Assembly: GCF_006345805.1 (NCBI RefSeq)
Contig: NC_042999.1
Coordinates: forward strand, 168,888,001 to 168,952,000
Length of the DNA stretch: 64,000 nucleotides
Source of the DNA: Octopus sinensis
Taxonomy: Eukaryota
Reading direction: 5' to 3'
Below are positions 61,832 to 64,000 of the stretch, piece after piece. A model generated the notes under the pieces. That model did no database searches. It was given only the letters and a program-made list of their open reading frames with translations, and was not told where the DNA came from. The translations under genes were made by a program, and so were the position numbers. Within the stretch, counting starts at the first letter, position 1, and the number at the start of each line of letters is the position of its first letter.

Positions 61832-64000
61832 TTTGATGTTGATGTATTTGACTCAATAGATCTTCTCAAGGATAGTAGGTCACCCTATGATCAAAGGTAA
61901 GCACAGCAGGTCGTCCTACGATCCAAGGTACTTTGAATGAGCTGGGGCTGGTTATGTGAAGCTGGTGTAGGATACACCGCATACTCACTTTATATGTCGG
62001 GTCTTCTCAGTCACAGCATATCGCCAGAGGTCCTGGTCTTTTGTCATTGCCTCTGTGAGACCCAAAGTTCGAAAGTCATGCTTGACTACCTCATCCTATA
62101 TCTTCCTGGGTCAACCTCTATCCCGGATTCCTTCAACTGTTTGGGAGTGGCACTTCTTCACACATCTCTCCTCATCCATCCGCAGTACATGACCATACCA
62201 GCACAAACATCTCTCTTGCACACCACATCTGATGCTTCTTATGTCCAACATTTCTCTCAGGGCGCTTACACTCTGTCGTGTATGCACACTGACATTACAC
62301 ATCCAGCGGATCATGCTAGCTTCATTTCTTTCAAGCCTACACATGTCCTCTGCAGTCACAGCCCATATTTCACTGCCATGAAGCATGGCAGTTCCCACAC
62401 ATGTCGTACAATCTACCTTTCACTCTGAGTGAGAGACCCTTTGCCACCAGTAGGGGTAGGAGTTTTCTAAACTTTACCCAGGCTATTCTTATTCTAGTGG
62501 TGACACTCTCTGAGCATCCACCTCCACTACTAACTTGGTCACCTAGGTAGCGGAAGCTATCAACTAATTCTAGTTTCTCACCCTGGAGTGTAATGAAATC
62601 TGTTTTCTGAGCATCTGTGGTGTTTATTGCCCCTGTGCATCTCAGTTAATCTTCCTTTGATGTTGCTGCACCTCTTATGTGCCCATAGCTTACACTGGGT
62701 ACATCTTATGGAGTTTCAACCTACACATTTTCGACAGATTGAGCAGGGCCACCTACCTGTGTGTTGAGTTCGCCTTCTTACTTATAACTTTGGTCTTTGC
62801 TACATTGACTCTAAGGCCTTTTGATTCTAAACCTTGCTTCCACACCTGGAATTTCTTTTCTAGTTCCAGTAGTGAATTCTGCTATGAAGGTCAGGTCATC
62901 AGCATAGAGGAGTTCCCAGGGGCAACCCGTCTTGAATTCCTCTGTTAATGCCTGGAGGACTAGGATGAATAAAAGGGGACTGAGGCCTGAACCTTGGTGG
63001 ATCCCTACTTCTACCCGGAATTCTTCACTATACTCGTTGCCAATCCTAACGGCCTCTCTGTTTAGGGCCTATACAGCCCTTATTAACCATTCATCAAACT
63101 CCAGTTTCTGCATCGCCCACCAGATAAGGGATCGGAAGACCTTGTCAAAGGTTTTCTCCAAGTCCACAAAATGCTAAGTATAGGGGTTTATCTTTAGCTA
63201 GGCATTTCTCCTGCAGTTGTCAACCAGGAATATGGCATCAGTGGTGCTTTTACCCGGAACAAAACCAAACTGCATCTCATCTAAGCAGACTCTCTCCCTA
63301 ATGAGATGGGCTATGACCTTCAACTGACCCAGCAGTTTGATACCCCTGTAGTTATTTCTATCTAGAGCATCACCTTTACCCTTGTAGCAGTTGACTATGG
63401 TACTGCTATGCCAGTCTTTGGATATGACCCCATCATGAACTACCTGGTTTGCAATACGGGTGACTAGGCCATAGCCCACACCACCAAATAATGTTTTAAG
63501 CATCTCAGCAGTGATTCCTGGTGAGCCGGGGGCTTTTCCTGGCTTCATATCCTTAATTGCTTTAACTACTAGGGAGCTGTCTATTGGGATAGCTGGTCCC
63601 TCTACTGGATCAACATTTGGCAGGCTCTCCTCCCATTCATTCTCCATGTTCAGCAGTCTTTCATAATGGCTTCTCCAAGCCTCTTTCTTTTCAGAATCAC
63701 TAAAAGCAAGTGCCCCATCATCCATTCGAACACATTTTTCTCCTGTGACATCACAATTTTCTCTCACACACTGTCTAGCAATCCGAAATACCTCAGTTCT
63801 TTGGCCCTTACATCACTAAACATTGGTAAACTTCTTTTCTGCTTTGCCCTTGGCTTTGTATACCTGCCGCCCAGCCTTGCTTTTGGCTACCTTGTACAGC
63901 TCCCTGCTACCATCATCCTTCCAGGCTTTCCAGGCCTGTTTCTTTGCCCTAACGGCTTTGTCTACCATACTATTCCACCACCATGTAACTCTGAGTCTGG
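61832..64000 (-). mobile_element. Older RTE LINE copy running off the window end
   Basis: Diverged homologue of 24705-31030 (QFGFVPGKST, LHGSEIWAVTAEDM). Confidence 0.92.

Overview
Eukaryotic, repeat-saturated animal DNA. The SINE, RTE and Penelope families and the (TA)n/(CA)n/(GA)n density point to an octopus or other cephalopod; this is inference, not a database result. The only host gene I can support is an intronless effector-type caspase (39767-40546, minus strand) whose catalytic pentapeptide is SACRG rather than QACRG. The rest is nested mobile DNA: Helitron pieces, an orphan rDNA 5'ETS/18S-start fragment wedged between Helitron parts, a near full-length Gypsy element (231-bp LTRs, 5-bp TSD) inside a maT/Tc1 remnant, RTE LINEs, an R4/Dong LINE inserted in an (AAT)n tract, Penelope-like elements (PLEs), tRNA-SINEs, mariner/MULE/Merlin/hAT remnants, fold-back palindromes and a 35-bp minisatellite. 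The main signal not shown by the ORF track is a set of minimal type I hammerhead ribozyme motifs (stem I-CTGANGA-stem II-GAAA-short stem III-UH-stem I). Seven look largely intact, in six distinct sequence contexts, and several more are variant or degenerate. Two contexts are ORF-less inverted or tandem repeat cassettes resembling PLE pLTRs or retrozymes. All folds were paired by eye and none is tested for cleavage.
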